NCBI RefSeq assembly: GCF_032116555.1
Contig: NZ_CP134949.1
Coordinates: 930,001-994,000 of the forward strand
Reading direction: 5' to 3'
From: Halorarum halobium
Lineage (GTDB): Archaea > Halobacteriota > Halobacteria > Halobacteriales > Haloferacaceae
Length of the DNA: 64,000 nucleotides
A model generated the notes under the pieces. That model was given only the letters and a program-made list of their open reading frames with translations. It was not told where the DNA came from and ran no database searches. How positions within the stretch are numbered: the first letter of the stretch is position 1; each line of letters opens with the position of its first letter. Of this stretch, positions 10,166 to 19,627 are shown one piece after another. A program made the translations under genes and the position numbers.

Positions 10166-11572
10166 ATGCGAACGCTCGCTCTCGACGGCCGGATGGGTGC
10201 CGCCGGCGACATGCTGCTCGGCGCGCTCGTCGCGGCCGGCGCCGACCCGTCCGTCCTCGACCCGGTCGAGGACCACCTGCCGATCACGTACGAGTTCGAG
10301 ACGGTCGACGAGTGCGGCATCTCCGCGACGCGTGCCCGCGTCGTTCACGACGACGCGGGCGGCGATGCGGACCACGGTGACGGGCACGAGCACGACCACG
10401 GCCGTGACGACGACGGGGGCCACTCGCACACGCATTCTCACGGCGCGGATCACGACCACGAGGAGCACCAGCACGACCACGGCGCCGACTGCCCGCGCGG
10501 CCACGACCACGCCCACGAGCACGGCGCGGAGGGGCACGGCCCGCAGCGAACGTACGCGGAGGTCGTGGCGTTCGTCGAGGGGATGGGCCTCCCGGAGGCC
10601 GTCGAGGCCGACGCGCTGGCGACGTTCGAGATCCTCGGCGAGGCCGAATCGTCGGTCCACGACCAGCCGCTGGGGGACACCCACTTCCACGAGGTCGGCG
10701 CGGACGACGCCATCGCGGACGTCGTCGGCTGCTGTCTCCTGCTCGCGGACCTGGGGCCCGAGCGCATCGTGACGACGCCGCTGTCCACGGGCGACGGCGA
10801 GGTCGAGTTCAGCCATGGCGTCTACCCGGTCCCGGTTCCGGCGGTCGTCGAGATCGCCGAGCGGGCGGACTGGTCGCTCCGCGGCGGTCCCGTCGACGCC
10901 GAACTGCTGACGCCGACCGGCGCGGCGATCCTCGCGCAGTTCGCCGACGGCGTCGACCGCCTCCCCTCGCTCCGCGTCGCGGGTTCGGGCTACGGCGCGG
11001 GCGGCTACGACTTCCCCGACCGGCCGAACGTCCTCCGGGCCATCGTGGGCGAGGCCCGGTCGGGCGACGGCACCGCGGCCGACGAGGCTGCCGAGGGCGA
11101 CGCGTCGGGGCTCGTTCACGACGACGTCGCGGTGCTGGAGACGAACCTCGACGACGCGACGCCGGAGGTGCTCGGGGGGCTCCACGAGGCGCTCGCCGAG
11201 GCCGGCGCGCGCGACGTGTCGGTCCTGCCGGCGACGATGAAGAAGTCGCGGCCGGGCCACCTCGTGAAGGTCGTCTGCAAGCCCGACGACGCGGAGGCGG
11301 TCGCGCGCCGCCTCGCCGAGGAGACCGGGACGCTCGGGGTGCGGGAGGGCGGCGCGAGCCACCGCTGGATCGCCGAGCGCTCGTTCGAGACGGTCGCACT
11401 CGACGTCGACGGATCGACCCACGAGGTGTCGATCAAGGTGGCCGCCGACGCCTCCGGCACCGTGTACGACGTGAGCGCCGAGTACGACGACGCCGCGGCG
11501 GTCGCGCGCGAGACCGGCCTGTCGACCCGCGAGGTGATTCGCCGTGCCGAAGCGGCCCGCGGGGAGGACTGA
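10166..11572 (+). CDS. larC: Nickel pincer cofactor biosynthesis protein LarC (His-rich)
   Basis: [48 protein letters not shown]; His-rich insert. Confidence 0.92.
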   Translation: MRTLALDGRMGAAGDMLLGALVAAGADPSVLDPVEDHLPITYEFETVDECGISATRARVVHDDAGGDADHGDGHEHDHGRDDDGGHSHTHSHGADHDHEEHQHDHGADCPRGHDHAHEHGAEGHGPQRTYAEVVAFVEGMGLPEAVEADALATFEILGEAESSVHDQPLGDTHFHEVGADDAIADVVGCCLLLADLGPERIVTTPLSTGDGEVEFSHGVYPVPVPAVVEIAERADWSLRGGPVDAELLTPTGAAILAQFADGVDRLPSLRVAGSGYGAGGYDFPDRPNVLRAIVGEARSGDGTAADEAAEGDASGLVHDDVAVLETNLDDATPEVLGGLHEALAEAGARDVSVLPATMKKSRPGHLVKVVCKPDDAEAVARRLAEETGTLGVREGGASHRWIAERSFETVALDVDGSTHEVSIKVAADASGTVYDVSAEYDDAAAVARETGLSTREVIRRAEAARGED

Positions 11573-11602
11573 GCCGGCCGACTCGAGGAACGGGCGAGGG
11601 GA

Positions 11603-11764
11603 ATGAGCGACCGATACGAATGTCCGAACTGCGGCCGACGGTTCGCCCGCGAGGAGGCGACGCGGTCCGAGACGATGGGCGGCCTCGACCCCGCGACGTG
11701 GCAGACCCTGAACTGTCCAGCCTGCGGCGCACGGGTGAAGACGGTGTTCGTCGGCGACGAGTAG
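11603..11764 (+). CDS. Small CPxCG-type zinc-finger protein (53 aa, absent from ORF track)
   Basis: Hand translation MSDRYECPNCGRRFAREEATRSETMGGLDPATWQTLNCPACGARVKTVFVGDE. Confidence 0.85.
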   Translation: MSDRYECPNCGRRFAREEATRSETMGGLDPATWQTLNCPACGARVKTVFVGDE

Positions 11765-11844
11765 TCCCCTCGGCCCGGAGTACCGCGGAGCTCGTGGTTC
11801 AGACGGCGAGGCTCGGGGCCACTCCGTCCGCCGTTCGGCGAGCG

Positions 11845-12585
11845 CTACTCCTCCCGCTGTTCGGCCAGTGCCTCCGCCATCGTCAGGTCGCCGAGCGCGA
11901 CCCGCCTGGCGAGCGCCTCGCCGATGGTCACCGCGCCATCCGAGCGCTCGCGCGACTCGTTTTTCACCCGCTGGATCTCTCCGGGCGTGGGATCGAGGTC
12001 GCGCGTCTCGATCCGCTCGCCCTCGCGTCGGGCGATGTTCACCGCCGCGAGCACGTCGGCCAGCCCCTTGCCCGTCGCGCCCGCGCCGAGCGACGGGGTC
12101 GTCCCGGTCTCGTCGACGAGTTCGACGGTCACGCCCTCCAGGTCGTTGACGACGCGGGCGCCCTGGAGGCGGGCGCCGTCGCCGACCCTGACCAGCGCGT
12201 CCGGTTCGTCGGCGACCGCCTCCCTGATGGCCTCGACCGCGTCGGCGACCGGGAGGTGATGGACCGCCACGACGGTGTCGCCCGAGAGGACGGCGACGCC
12301 CGGACGTTCGCCAGGGTCGACGCCGATCACGAGCCGCTCGTCGCCGCCGCGGAGGGTGCCCAGCGCGGTCGCTACACCCTCGTCGGCGTCCGACGCGGTG
12401 GTGGTGACGTGTGCGACTTCGTCGTCCTCGACCGGGACCGGGTCGTCGACCGCGGAGATGACGACCGCGGCGCGGTCGGGGAGGTCGCCGCCGGGTTCCC
12501 GCGTGGTGAACGTCGCTCCGCGGTCCCGCAGTTCGCCGACGACGGCGTGATAGAGCGCGAAGTCCTCGGTGGCGACGACGATCAC
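11845..12585 (-). CDS. Hypothetical protein with RNase H-like (YqgF/RuvX-like) motifs
   Basis: LVIGVDPG..PGVA, LVDETGTT, DVLAAVNIA; acidic haloarchaeal composition. Confidence 0.75.
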   Translation of the reverse strand: MIVVATEDFALYHAVVGELRDRGATFTTREPGGDLPDRAAVVISAVDDPVPVEDDEVAHVTTTASDADEGVATALGTLRGGDERLVIGVDPGERPGVAVLSGDTVVAVHHLPVADAVEAIREAVADEPDALVRVGDGARLQGARVVNDLEGVTVELVDETGTTPSLGAGATGKGLADVLAAVNIARREGERIETRDLDPTPGEIQRVKNESRERSDGAVTIGEALARRVALGDLTMAEALAEQREE

Positions 12586-12721
12586 GAGCGGGAGTACGTC
12601 GCCTGAGGTGCTTTACCGTGTCGGCGACGCGGTCGGTCCGGGGCCGGGTTCACCCGGACGACCGCCCGGCGAGGTCGCGCGGTCCGGGAGGTTCTTATCG
12701 GATGCCGCCCGACCCACGGCC

Positions 12722-13414
12722 GTGCCCGACCCGCTCACCACCGGCTCAGACGCCCTCGACGACCTGCTCGGCGGGGGGATCGAACGGGGCGTCGTCACAC
12801 AGCTCTACGGCCCGCCGGCGGCCGGGAAGACGAACGTCGCGCTGACCGCGGCGGCCGAGGCGGCCATCGCGGGCGAGACGGTGCTGTACGTCGACACCGA
12901 GGACCTCTCGATGGAGCGCTTCCGACAGATCGTCGAGGCGCGCACCGACGAGGCGGTCGAGGAGGTCGCCGCCCGCCTCATCGTCACCGAGGCGCTCTCG
13001 TTCGAGGACCAGGCCGAGGCGGTCCGGGACGTCGACGGGTTCGCCGAGGACGCGGATCTGGTCGTCCTCGACTCGGCGACCGGCTTCTATCGGCTGGAAC
13101 GGGGCGAGGACCAGCAGGGGGGCGACTCGCTGCGGGCGGTGGCGAAACAGGTCACCCACCTGCTCTCGCTGGCCCGCAAGCACGACCTCGGCGTGCTCAT
13201 CACGAACCAGGTGTTCACCGACCCGGACGCCGACCGGGTCCGGCCGCTCGGGGGCAACACGCTCGAACACTGGACGGGCGTCGTCGTTCGGCTCGACCGG
13301 TACCGCGGCGGCAACCGTCGCGCGACCCTCGAGAAGCACCGGTCCCAGCCCGCCGGCGAGACCGCGCGGTTCCGCATCACGGGTGCCGGCATCGAGGATG
13401 GGGAGGCGCGCTGA
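12722..13414 (+). CDS. radB: DNA repair and recombination protein RadB
   Basis: TGSDALDDLLGGG, GPPAAGKT, LITNQV, LEKHRS basic patch; GTG start. Confidence 0.93.
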   Translation: MPDPLTTGSDALDDLLGGGIERGVVTQLYGPPAAGKTNVALTAAAEAAIAGETVLYVDTEDLSMERFRQIVEARTDEAVEEVAARLIVTEALSFEDQAEAVRDVDGFAEDADLVVLDSATGFYRLERGEDQQGGDSLRAVAKQVTHLLSLARKHDLGVLITNQVFTDPDADRVRPLGGNTLEHWTGVVVRLDRYRGGNRRATLEKHRSQPAGETARFRITGAGIEDGEAR

Positions 13415-13508
13415 GCCCCCCGTTCCCGCGGAGTTCCCGTTTCCGGACGCGAGGAGTCCGGAGACGGGAGTCGAGCGATTCAAGTAGTCGCCGGCGGTTT
13501 GTCCGGGC

Positions 13509-13886
13509 ATGAAAGACCAGAGCGGTCGCGAGAAGCGCAAGCGGACCGGCGGTCGACGCCGCACGTTCCGGAACAAGAAGCGCCACCAGCTCGGCCGCGA
13601 GCCGGCCGAGACGACCGTGGGCGAGCCCCGCTTCCAGGTCGTCGCCTCCCGCGGCACCGGCGAGAAGGTCCGCGCGCTCTCGACCAACGTCGCGCAGGTG
13701 ACCGACGACGGCGAGACGACCGAGGCCGACATCGAGGACGTCGTCGAGAACCCCGCGAACGTCAACTACGTCCGCCGGAACATCATCACGAAGGGCGCGG
13801 TCATCGAGACGAGCGCCGGTACCGCCCGCGTCACCTCCCGTCCGGGCCAGTCCGGGCAGGTCAACGCGGTCGTCGTCGACGAGTAA
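13509..13886 (+). CDS. rps8e: 30S ribosomal protein S8e
   Basis: NYVRRNIITKGAVI, VTSRPGQSGQVNAV. Confidence 0.97.
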   Translation: MKDQSGREKRKRTGGRRRTFRNKKRHQLGREPAETTVGEPRFQVVASRGTGEKVRALSTNVAQVTDDGETTEADIEDVVENPANVNYVRRNIITKGAVIETSAGTARVTSRPGQSGQVNAVVVDE

Positions 13887-13969
13887 CGCCCTCGCGTTCT
13901 TCGGTTTCCTCGGCGCCGAGCGACCGCGCCGGCCGGTCAGCCGTTCCTTCTCGCCCGCCACTCCGACGG

Positions 13970-14299
13970 TCAGCCGCTGCCCGGAAGCGGGCAGAGGCTC
14001 GCGGTGACGGCTGCGACCTCGTCGGTGTCGTTTCGCGCGCCGTGGACGTCGCCCCGCTCGTGGAGGACGACCCCCGGCGCGTCGATCGCCTCCGCCACGT
14101 CGTCCCGCAATACCGTTACCGTCCCCCGGACGACGTGGAAGACGTTCGTGCTGTCGGCGTGCTCGTGGGGGTCGAGTTCGGCACCGGGGCCGAGCGCGAA
14201 CAGCTTCACGAGCACGTCGTCGGTCACGACCAGTTCCGCGGAGTCGACGGTGCCGTCGTCGGGGTCGAGGTCGGCGAGGGCCTCGGCAAGTCGGTCCAT
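13970..14299 (-). CDS. Cupin domain protein
   Basis: PHEH..STNVFHVVRG and GDVHGARN cupin motifs. Confidence 0.85.
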   Translation of the reverse strand: MDRLAEALADLDPDDGTVDSAELVVTDDVLVKLFALGPGAELDPHEHADSTNVFHVVRGTVTVLRDDVAEAIDAPGVVLHERGDVHGARNDTDEVAAVTASLCPLPGSG

Positions 14300-14531
14300 G
14301 CGGAGCCGTTCGCTCCGTGAAGTAAAAGCGTGTGTGGGTGCCCGTGGCGGTCTCGTTCCACCGTCTCGGTGGGTGCCCGGACGCGGTGCCCCCCGACACC
14401 GCAACGGGCGGTGGTGTCCCGCCCGGCGTGTGGCTCCGATTCGCGCCCCCGGCGGGGCGCGTCGACGTTCAGTTACCGTCCGTTCCCGGCGGCCGATCCG
14501 CCGTCGTCACCGTCCGCGTTCCGGACCGCGG

Positions 14532-15356
14532 TTACGGGCGGCCGTTGCCGTTCCCGCGGTCGTCGTCTTCATCGTCGTCGTCGTCATCCTCGTCGTCTTC
14601 ATCGTCGTCGTCGTCATCCTCGTCGTCGGTGTCGTCGTCCTCGTCGTGGACGTCCTCGGGCGGACCCGCGTCGTCCGGCCGGCCGCGGTCGTCTTCCTCG
14701 TCCTCGTCGTCAGCGTCCTCGTCGTCAGCGTCCTCGTCGGACGGGCCGATGTCGTCCGGTCGGCCGCGATCCTCGGGAGCGCCGACGTCCTCGGGCGACT
14801 TCTCGCCGGAGGCGACGTCGTGGAGCGCCTCGCCGAGCGTCGTGTTCTTGTTCAGGTCACCGTCGAGGTAGGCGTTGATGACGGCGTGGATGTTCTCGAC
14901 GCGCTCGTCGGCCTGCTCGGGCATCTCGCTCGGCGGGCCGCGCGTCTCGTTCTCCTCCTCGTCGTCCCCCTCGTCGGCGTAGGAGAACTCGCCCTCCTCG
15001 AGGGTCAGCGAGTCGTTCTCCACGCTGTAGACGAACTCGCCGGTGACGTTCTCGCCCGTCACCGTGACGGTGAACTCCGAGGCGTTCGTCTCGAAGGTGA
15101 TCCGCCCGTCCGCGTCGGTCGTTCCGACGGGCTCCTCGTCGACGGCGACGTCGAGCCCCTCGACGCCCGAGCCGTTGGCGGTGACCTCGAACGTCACCGT
15201 GCCGTTGTCGTAGCTCGCGTCCGCGTCGTATTCGTCGAGGTCGGCGTCGGTCGCCGCGCTCGCGTTCGTTCCCCCCGTGCCGGCCGCGGCGGCCCCCGCA
15301 CCGGCGCTCACCAGGAGCGCGGCGGCGGCGACCGTGAGCAGTTTTCGGACGTTCAT
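14532..15356 (-). CDS. Secreted, extremely acidic protein with poly-Asp/Glu tail
   Basis: Sec-type signal MNVRKLLTVAAAALLV; Ig-like GTTDADGRITF segment; D/E-rich C-terminus. Confidence 0.8.
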   Translation of the reverse strand: MNVRKLLTVAAAALLVSAGAGAAAAGTGGTNASAATDADLDEYDADASYDNGTVTFEVTANGSGVEGLDVAVDEEPVGTTDADGRITFETNASEFTVTVTGENVTGEFVYSVENDSLTLEEGEFSYADEGDDEEENETRGPPSEMPEQADERVENIHAVINAYLDGDLNKNTTLGEALHDVASGEKSPEDVGAPEDRGRPDDIGPSDEDADDEDADDEDEEDDRGRPDDAGPPEDVHDEDDDTDDEDDDDDDEDDEDDDDDDEDDDRGNGNGRP

Positions 15357-15546
15357 CGCGGTTCCCCCGACCGGAGCCACCCCCATAAAACGGGGAAACG
15401 TCGAACCAGCGTTTCGGGTTCTGAAGCGCTCTGAAGCCGAATTAACTCCGATTAAGGAGGATTCGGATCGCTCGATTCGCTCCGTTCGTTCGGGACGCTC
15501 GGGACACTCGATGACGCCGGGAGCCGCGTCGTTCCGGACCCGCGGA

Positions 15547-15876
15547 CTACGCCGCGAGTTCCTCGGCGACCGCGTCGGCCGCGAGGAGTTCGGGGTCGAC
15601 GGCGAGGTCGACCTGGCCCTTCGCGAACTCCGGGAGCGAGTCGTCCGCGTAGACAACCGCGCGGGCGTCGGGGTTCAGTTCCTTGGCGACGGGGATGCTC
15701 GTCGCCTCGTCGACGTCGGTGAGGACGAACAGCGCGGCGTCCTCGATGCCGGCCGCCTCCAGGCGGTCGGCGGTGACGACGCCGTCGATTCGGGTGACGG
15801 CGACGTCCTGGGAGTCGAGGGCGTCCCCGAGGCCGTGCTCGTCGGGACCGGCGACGATGGCGGATGTCGTGGGCAT
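15547..15876 (-). CDS. Small TrkA-N/Rossmann-like conserved haloarchaeal protein
   Basis: LEAAGIEDAALFVLT..AKELNPDARAV resembles a TrkA-N domain. Confidence 0.75.
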   Translation of the reverse strand: MPTTSAIVAGPDEHGLGDALDSQDVAVTRIDGVVTADRLEAAGIEDAALFVLTDVDEATSIPVAKELNPDARAVVYADDSLPEFAKGQVDLAVDPELLAADAVAEELAA

Positions 15877-15955
15877 GGGTCCTTGGAGCGTGTGAGCGGT
15901 GAAAAGGGGTCGTATTCGTGATTCGCGTTTGGGTCGGATTGGGTGTCGGTACGTG

Positions 15956-16220
15956 GGTTGTTTCGGTCGTCACTTCGACCGCCTCGAAAGCCCCCGTGGC
16001 GCTCGACTTCTGCGGTTGTTTGGTCATCGCTTCGACTACCTCGAAAGCCCCCGCGGCGCTCGACTCGGTGCGGCCGCTGCGCTCCTCGCGCTCGCTTCGC
16101 TCGCGCTGTCGTTCGAAAATCGAAGATTTTCGTGATGACGAGAGAGCGGAGCTCTCTCGAACCACGGTGCTTGTCGGTCCGCGCCGTCCCCGAGAGGAGC
16201 GGCCCCTTTCAGTCCCACCC
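15956..16220 (+). repeat. Palindromic intergenic repeat, family B (58-bp duplicated left end, nested twin-hairpin insert)
   Basis: GAAAGCCCCCG(C/T)GGCGCTCGAC twice, then GGCCCCTTTCAGTCCCACCC; same ends at 20304, 32491 and 34035-34113. Confidence 0.85.
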
Positions 16221-16334
16221 AGCGGTTGGTCGGCCAAGCATCGCAGGCCCGACTACCGCTCGTGCCGCCGTGGGTAGTCCGAAGGGACGTTCGCCTGGTC
16301 AGTCGGTGAGCATGTCGGCAGCAGGGGTGGGGTC

Positions 16335-16458
16335 GGCGGTTGCTGGCGGTCGGCGCGCGTGACGCGAACCCCCTTATGGGGTGAGTCGACGCGCGCGAGG
16401 GGTGAGAAGCGCAGCGAGCCTGCGAGCGAGCATCGCAAGCGGTTGGGGAGGGCGAGGC
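16335..16458 (+). repeat. Palindromic intergenic repeat, family C (GCGCGCGAGGG...GGTTGGGGAGGG)
   Basis: Related to 19404-19460 and, degenerate and inverted, to 20365-20435. Confidence 0.55.
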
Positions 16459-16497
16459 CGTAATCACCGCCAGGGGTAGTGGTCTACTGCTGAACTA

Positions 16498-16565
16498 CCG
16501 ACGCAACGACGAACCCACTCACAGCCGACGCAACGACGAACCCCACTCACAGCAGACGCAACGAC
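16498..16565 (+). repeat. 27-28 bp tandem repeat, 2.5 copies
   Basis: CCGACGCAACGACGAACCC(C)ACTCACAG twice plus partial copy. Confidence 0.9.
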
Positions 16566-16651
16566 TAACTCCCGACCGAGAACCCAACCCCACGCTAATC
16601 CCACCGAACCCCATCACGCGCCTTTTTCAGCCGGCAGGAACACCCGAACCC

Positions 16652-17311
16652 GTGAACCGTCGCGCCGTCGCCGCCGGCCTGCTCGTCGCGCTCGCGCTCG
16701 CGGCGGCGTGGCTCTCCTCGCCCGACCTGCTGCTCTCGCGGCTCGCCTGGCTCACCGCGGACCCCCTCCGGTTCGCCGTCGCGCTCCTCCTGCTCGCGGC
16801 CGTCCGTCCGGTCCTCGCGTGGCCCACCTCCCTGCTCGCCGTGCTGGCCGGCTACGGCTACGGGCTCGCCGGAGCGCCGTTCGCGCTGCTGCTCATCACG
16901 CTCACCAGCGTCCCGCCGTACCTCCTCGCGCTCCGTGGCCGCGACGGCTGGGGCGAGGGACGCGCCTCGGTGCTGGCACGGCGGGCGGCCGAGGCCGGCG
17001 AACGCGCCGTCTCGGTGGCGGGCGGGTTCCGCTCGGTCGCCGCCTCCCGGCTCGTCCCGACGCCCTCCGACGCCGTCAGCGTCGCCGCCGGACTCGCCGG
17101 CGTCCGCCTCCGGCCGTTCCTCGCCGGCACGGCGGTCGGCGAGGTCCCCTGGGCCGTCGCCGGGACGGTCGCCGGTGCGTCCGCGGGACGGCTCGCGGCA
17201 GGCGGTGTGAGCGCGGTGTTCGACCCGCGGCTCGTCGTCGCCGCGGCGCTCGCGGGCCTGTTGCTGCTCGCGGGGCCGGCGTTCCGCCGTTACGCGTCCT
17301 CGCGGTCCTGA
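16652..17311 (+). CDS. TVP38/TMEM64 (DedA/VTT domain) membrane protein
   Basis: AWPTSLLAVLAGYGYG, SRLVPTPSDAVSVAAG, PFLAGTAVGEVP. Confidence 0.85.
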   Translation: MNRRAVAAGLLVALALAAAWLSSPDLLLSRLAWLTADPLRFAVALLLLAAVRPVLAWPTSLLAVLAGYGYGLAGAPFALLLITLTSVPPYLLALRGRDGWGEGRASVLARRAAEAGERAVSVAGGFRSVAASRLVPTPSDAVSVAAGLAGVRLRPFLAGTAVGEVPWAVAGTVAGASAGRLAAGGVSAVFDPRLVVAAALAGLLLLAGPAFRRYASSRS

Positions 17312-17835
17312 CGCGCTGTTCCGTCCGGAGTCGAGTCCGCGTCGGCCGCACGCACCATCACGAGCGCATCGCCGTCGGGGTAGAACCCCGGCCGCTCGGC
17401 CGAGACGACGAAGCCGAGGCTCCGGTAGAGCGCGATCGCCGCCTCGTTCCCAGAGTCGACGAACAGCGTCACCGGACCGTCCGTCGCGGCGATCGCCCGG
17501 CTGAGGAGGCCCCGGGCGCGCCCCTCGCGCCGATGGTCCGGGTGGACGACCAGTTCGGCCAGGTGGACGCCGGCGGCGGTCGGCTCGCCGGTCGTGGCCG
17601 CCGCGGCCGACCCCGTCGGCCCATCGGGTCCGCCGCCTTCCCCGATCGACCCGGTTCCGACCGGCAGGAGGTAGCCCACCGGCACGTCCCCCCCGGCGGT
17701 GCTCACCAGCACTTGGCCGGTCATGAGCCCGTAGGCGAGGAGGCCGGGGCTCGGCTCCCGGAGGTGTCCCTGGAGCCCGCGGAGGAGGGGTTCGTCGGCC
17801 GGCGTCCCTTCCCGGATGTGGCCGCCGGGGGTCAC
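17290..17835 (-). CDS. GNAT family N-acetyltransferase (RimI-like)
   Basis: VHPDHRREGRA, NEAAIALYRSLGF, FYPDGDALVM. Confidence 0.88.
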   Translation of the reverse strand: MTPGGHIREGTPADEPLLRGLQGHLREPSPGLLAYGLMTGQVLVSTAGGDVPVGYLLPVGTGSIGEGGGPDGPTGSAAAATTGEPTAAGVHLAELVVHPDHRREGRARGLLSRAIAATDGPVTLFVDSGNEAAIALYRSLGFVVSAERPGFYPDGDALVMVRAADADSTPDGTARQDREDA

Positions 17836-19181
17836 ACGAACGGGACGGCGAGCGCCACGCCGGCGAGGCCGCCGGCGAGCGTGGCGAGGAAGTTGACGGT
17901 CTGGTTCGTCAGCGACTCGCCCTCGACGGTCGCGCCGAGGACGCTGTCGACCGTCATGCCGACCACGCCAGCGAGGGTGACGACGACGAGCGCCGGGAGC
18001 GGGTCGCCCAGCGACATCAGCGACGCGGCGATGCCGCCGACGAGGGCCGCGCCCGCGAGCCCAGCCACCTCGCCCTGCCAGGTGATCGCGCCGTCGGTTC
18101 CCGGCTCGACGCGCTCGAAGGTCGTGACGAGCCGCGGGTCGTCGTACAGGCCGCCGAACTCCGAGGAGAGCGTGTCGGCCATGGCGGCCGCGACCGAGCC
18201 GGCGAAGGCGAACGCGAGCAGCGTCGGCGCGACGTCGGCCAGCGGGAGCGTCGGGTCGAGTAGCCGGTCGGCCGCGGCCGAGCCGACGACCGCGAACAGC
18301 GCGACGGCGGCGTTACCAAGCACGTTTCCGGTGCCGCGCGCGCCGTCGTTCTCCTCGGCGACGCCGCGGGCGCGCTTCTCCTCGTAGCGGTACTTCGTGG
18401 CGAGCGCGCCGACCGAGAAAAACGAGATGAGCACGGCGAACCAGCCGTAGCCGCCGAGCACGACCGAGAGCGCCGCGAGGAGGACGCCGGTGAGCATCCC
18501 CGGGACGGAGGCGGCATCGAGGGCGTAGGAGACCCAGCCGAGCGCGACGGCGAGCCCGAGCCCGACCGCGACGAGGCTCGCCGGCACGGTCCCGGTGAGC
18601 ACGTGGAACAGCCAGAGGAGGAAGCCGACCGAGATCATCACGAGCGGGTCGTCGCGGCCGAAGAGGATCGAGCGCAGCAGGGCCGCGACGAGCGTGCCGA
18701 CGGCCGCGAGGAAGGCGAACTCCGGAACGGCCCGGACGGCGAACTCGCCCGCGACGGCCGCGACGAACGCCTGGCCGGCGCTGCCCGCGAGCGTCCCGGC
18801 GGTCACGAACCCGACGACGAGGGCGAACTCGTCGGTCGTCCGCTCGCGGACGAGTTCCCGGCCGAGGTTCCCGAACGCGAGCGTGAGCACGGCGGCTGCG
18901 AAGACGGTGTCGGGCATCGGCGGGGCCGAGGGAAAGTCCACGGTCAGCACGCCGAGGCCGGCGGCCGCGAGCGCGAAGCCGGCGAGCCCGTTGAGCCGCC
19001 GGTCCTCGCGGTCGCCCGGCCGGGCGAACAGCTCGAAGAGGAAGCCGTCCTCGATGACGAAGACGGCGAGGACGGCGACGGCGGCGAAGGGCGCGGCGGC
19101 GGCCGGTCCGAGCACCGGGGCTGCGAGGACGAGCGTCCCGACGGCGGCGAACGCCCCGGCGCGCCGGAGTCGGTGAGTCAC
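17832..19181 (-). CDS. DUF92/TMEM19 domain membrane protein with N-terminal prenol-kinase-like region
   Basis: RGTGNVLGN, AAAMADTLSSEFG, VEPGTDGAITWQG, DSVLGATVE, NQTVNFLAT. Confidence 0.88.
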   Translation of the reverse strand: MTHRLRRAGAFAAVGTLVLAAPVLGPAAAAPFAAVAVLAVFVIEDGFLFELFARPGDREDRRLNGLAGFALAAAGLGVLTVDFPSAPPMPDTVFAAAVLTLAFGNLGRELVRERTTDEFALVVGFVTAGTLAGSAGQAFVAAVAGEFAVRAVPEFAFLAAVGTLVAALLRSILFGRDDPLVMISVGFLLWLFHVLTGTVPASLVAVGLGLAVALGWVSYALDAASVPGMLTGVLLAALSVVLGGYGWFAVLISFFSVGALATKYRYEEKRARGVAEENDGARGTGNVLGNAAVALFAVVGSAAADRLLDPTLPLADVAPTLLAFAFAGSVAAAMADTLSSEFGGLYDDPRLVTTFERVEPGTDGAITWQGEVAGLAGAALVGGIAASLMSLGDPLPALVVVTLAGVVGMTVDSVLGATVEGESLTNQTVNFLATLAGGLAGVALAVPFV

Positions 19182-19403
19182 GTGGTGCGGTATCGCGGAC
19201 GGCCACTTAACGGTCCCGACATGATACCCCCGGTACAGTCCCGCGCTGGGCCGTGCTTTCGGTGGTTCTCGTGCGGGCCTGTATTGCACCGACGACGCGG
19301 GAAGGCCGGGTGGACGGTGCACACGGGGAGCCGATGACCGACGCTGAATACGGGGAGACCTACCGGCTGGCGAGCGTGACCGCGAGCTTCGGAGGGCGAG
19401 CGG

Positions 19404-19495
19404 ACGCGTGCGAGGGACGAGCGTCGCAGGCTCGCGAACGGAGCGAGCGAAGCGCACAGCGAGGCGCAGGAGCCGAACGATGCGGGGGCTTTCGG
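19404..19495 (-). repeat. Degenerate family B/C palindromic repeat
   Basis: GAGCGAGCGAAGCG core; ends GCGGGGGCTTTCG. Confidence 0.6.
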
Positions 19496-19627
19496 GGCGG
19501 TCGTCACGACTCCCGGGACAGTACTGAGTGCCCCATATCGACCGCCGATCGGCGCTCACCGGACGGAGCCCCGCGAACTCCCGCGACAGAATAGACTTTT
19601 CCCGAACCCGCAACCACACTGGACGTA

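Noticed and set aside
7642..13414. Inteins in cdc48 or radB
   Set aside because: Both proteins have normal length and no intein motifs
15899..16467. Several short ORFs over the repeat mosaic
   Set aside because: Translations of palindromic repeats (e.g. SKAPAAL, PFQSHP) that recur at other repeat copies
16498..16565. Possible CRISPR array
   Set aside because: Head-to-tail repeats with no spacers; no cas genes. The 48-bp tandem at 32637 also lacks unique spacers
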